Shown: positions 63,401 to 64,000 of the stretch, one piece after another
Layout of the letters: every line of letters begins with the position of its first letter
Numbering within the stretch: position 1 is the first letter of the stretch
DNA from: Eledone cirrhosa
Lineage: Eukaryota
Reading direction: 5' to 3'
DNA: 64,000 nucleotides
Assembly: GCA_964016885.1 (NCBI GenBank)
Contig: OZ024764.1
Location: forward strand, 27,900,001-27,964,000
The notes under the pieces: model-generated
The model's database searches: none
Told to the model about the DNA's origin: nothing
The model's input: only the letters and a program-made list of their open reading frames with translations
Position numbers and translations under genes: made by a program

Positions 63401-64000
63401 ATCTGTCTCTCTCTCTGTCGTTTCATCTCGCGCTCTCTCTCTCTCGATTCATCTCGCGCTCTCTCTCTCTCGTTTCATCTCGCTCTCTCTCTCTCTCGTT
63501 TCATCTCTGTCTTCCTCTCTCGCGTTCCATCTCTCTCTTCCTCCCTCTCTTCCTCTCTCTCGTTTCATCTCTATCTCCCTCGTTTCATCTCTCTCTCCCT
63601 CTCGTTTCATCTCGCTCTCTCTCTCCTGTTTCATCTCGCTCTCTACTCTCGTTTCCTCTCTCTCGTTTCCTCTCTGTCTCGTTCCATCCCGCTCTCTCTC
63701 TCTCTCATTACATCTCGCTCTCTCTGTCTCGTTTCATCTCGCTCTCTCTCTCTCTCGTTTCATCTCGCTCTCACTCTCTCGTTTCATCTCGCGTTTCATC
63801 TCACTCTCCCTGTCTCATTTCACCTCGCTCTCTCTCTCTCTTCCTCTCTCTCTCTTGTTTCAACACTCTAATCCCTCACTTGTTTTATCTCTCTCTAATC
63901 CCTCACTTGTTTCATCTCTCTCAGAATTATTAGCCACAGGGGCAGAGATGTCCATAACATTACATGTCAGAATTATTAGCCACAGGGCAGAGATGTCCAT
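60455..64000 (+). repeat. Composite satellite array (pyrimidine strand on +), same subfamily as 1-7737; runs off the window
   Basis: Forward 46-mers from 60458; CT blocks at ~60730, 62208 and 63180. Confidence 0.97.

Noticed and set aside
47512-63871. Long ORFs of 200-538 aa rich in S/L/F/H/R (and E/R on the other strand), also at 787-7182 and 32509-33962
   Set aside because: They are open in several overlapping frames because CT/GA repeats lack stop codons. No domain, and lengths vary between monomers.

Overview
Eukaryotic, gene-free, repeat-dense window. The tRNA-derived SINEs, RTE LINE and piggyBac-type MITE resemble, from memory, octopus/cephalopod repeats; this is inference and needs a search. 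No intact host gene, RNA gene or CRISPR array is supported, and nearly all long ORFs in the track are frame artefacts of CT/GA satellite. About 41% of the window is a composite satellite: a ~0.5-1.7 kb TTTCATCTCG(CT)n block alternating with runs of a 46-bp minisatellite. It lies at 1-7966, 32560-34282 and 47000-64000 and switches strand at two fold-back junctions (7722-7737, 60451-60457). Between the arrays is a mosaic of decayed transposons: six copies of an internally deleted Helitron Rep/Hel, a 5'-truncated RTE LINE with a PHD finger inside its RT, three different CRE-type endonuclease 3' ends, a second PHD relic, SINEs and MITEs. Much of it forms a ~15-kb tandem duplication (19093-34299 / 34300-~48700). 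The most notable observations are: (i) a single satellite monomer inside a 2.6-kb insertion that splits one Helitron copy at a TCA duplication, while the paralogous insertion runs into a >17-kb array, which looks like satellite birth; (ii) recurrent fold-back hairpins, including a 30-bp perfect hairpin leading into an 89-bp all-palindromic satellite; (iii) palindrome arms that evolve in concert within each duplicate. Coordinates were read by eye and most boundaries are approximate.
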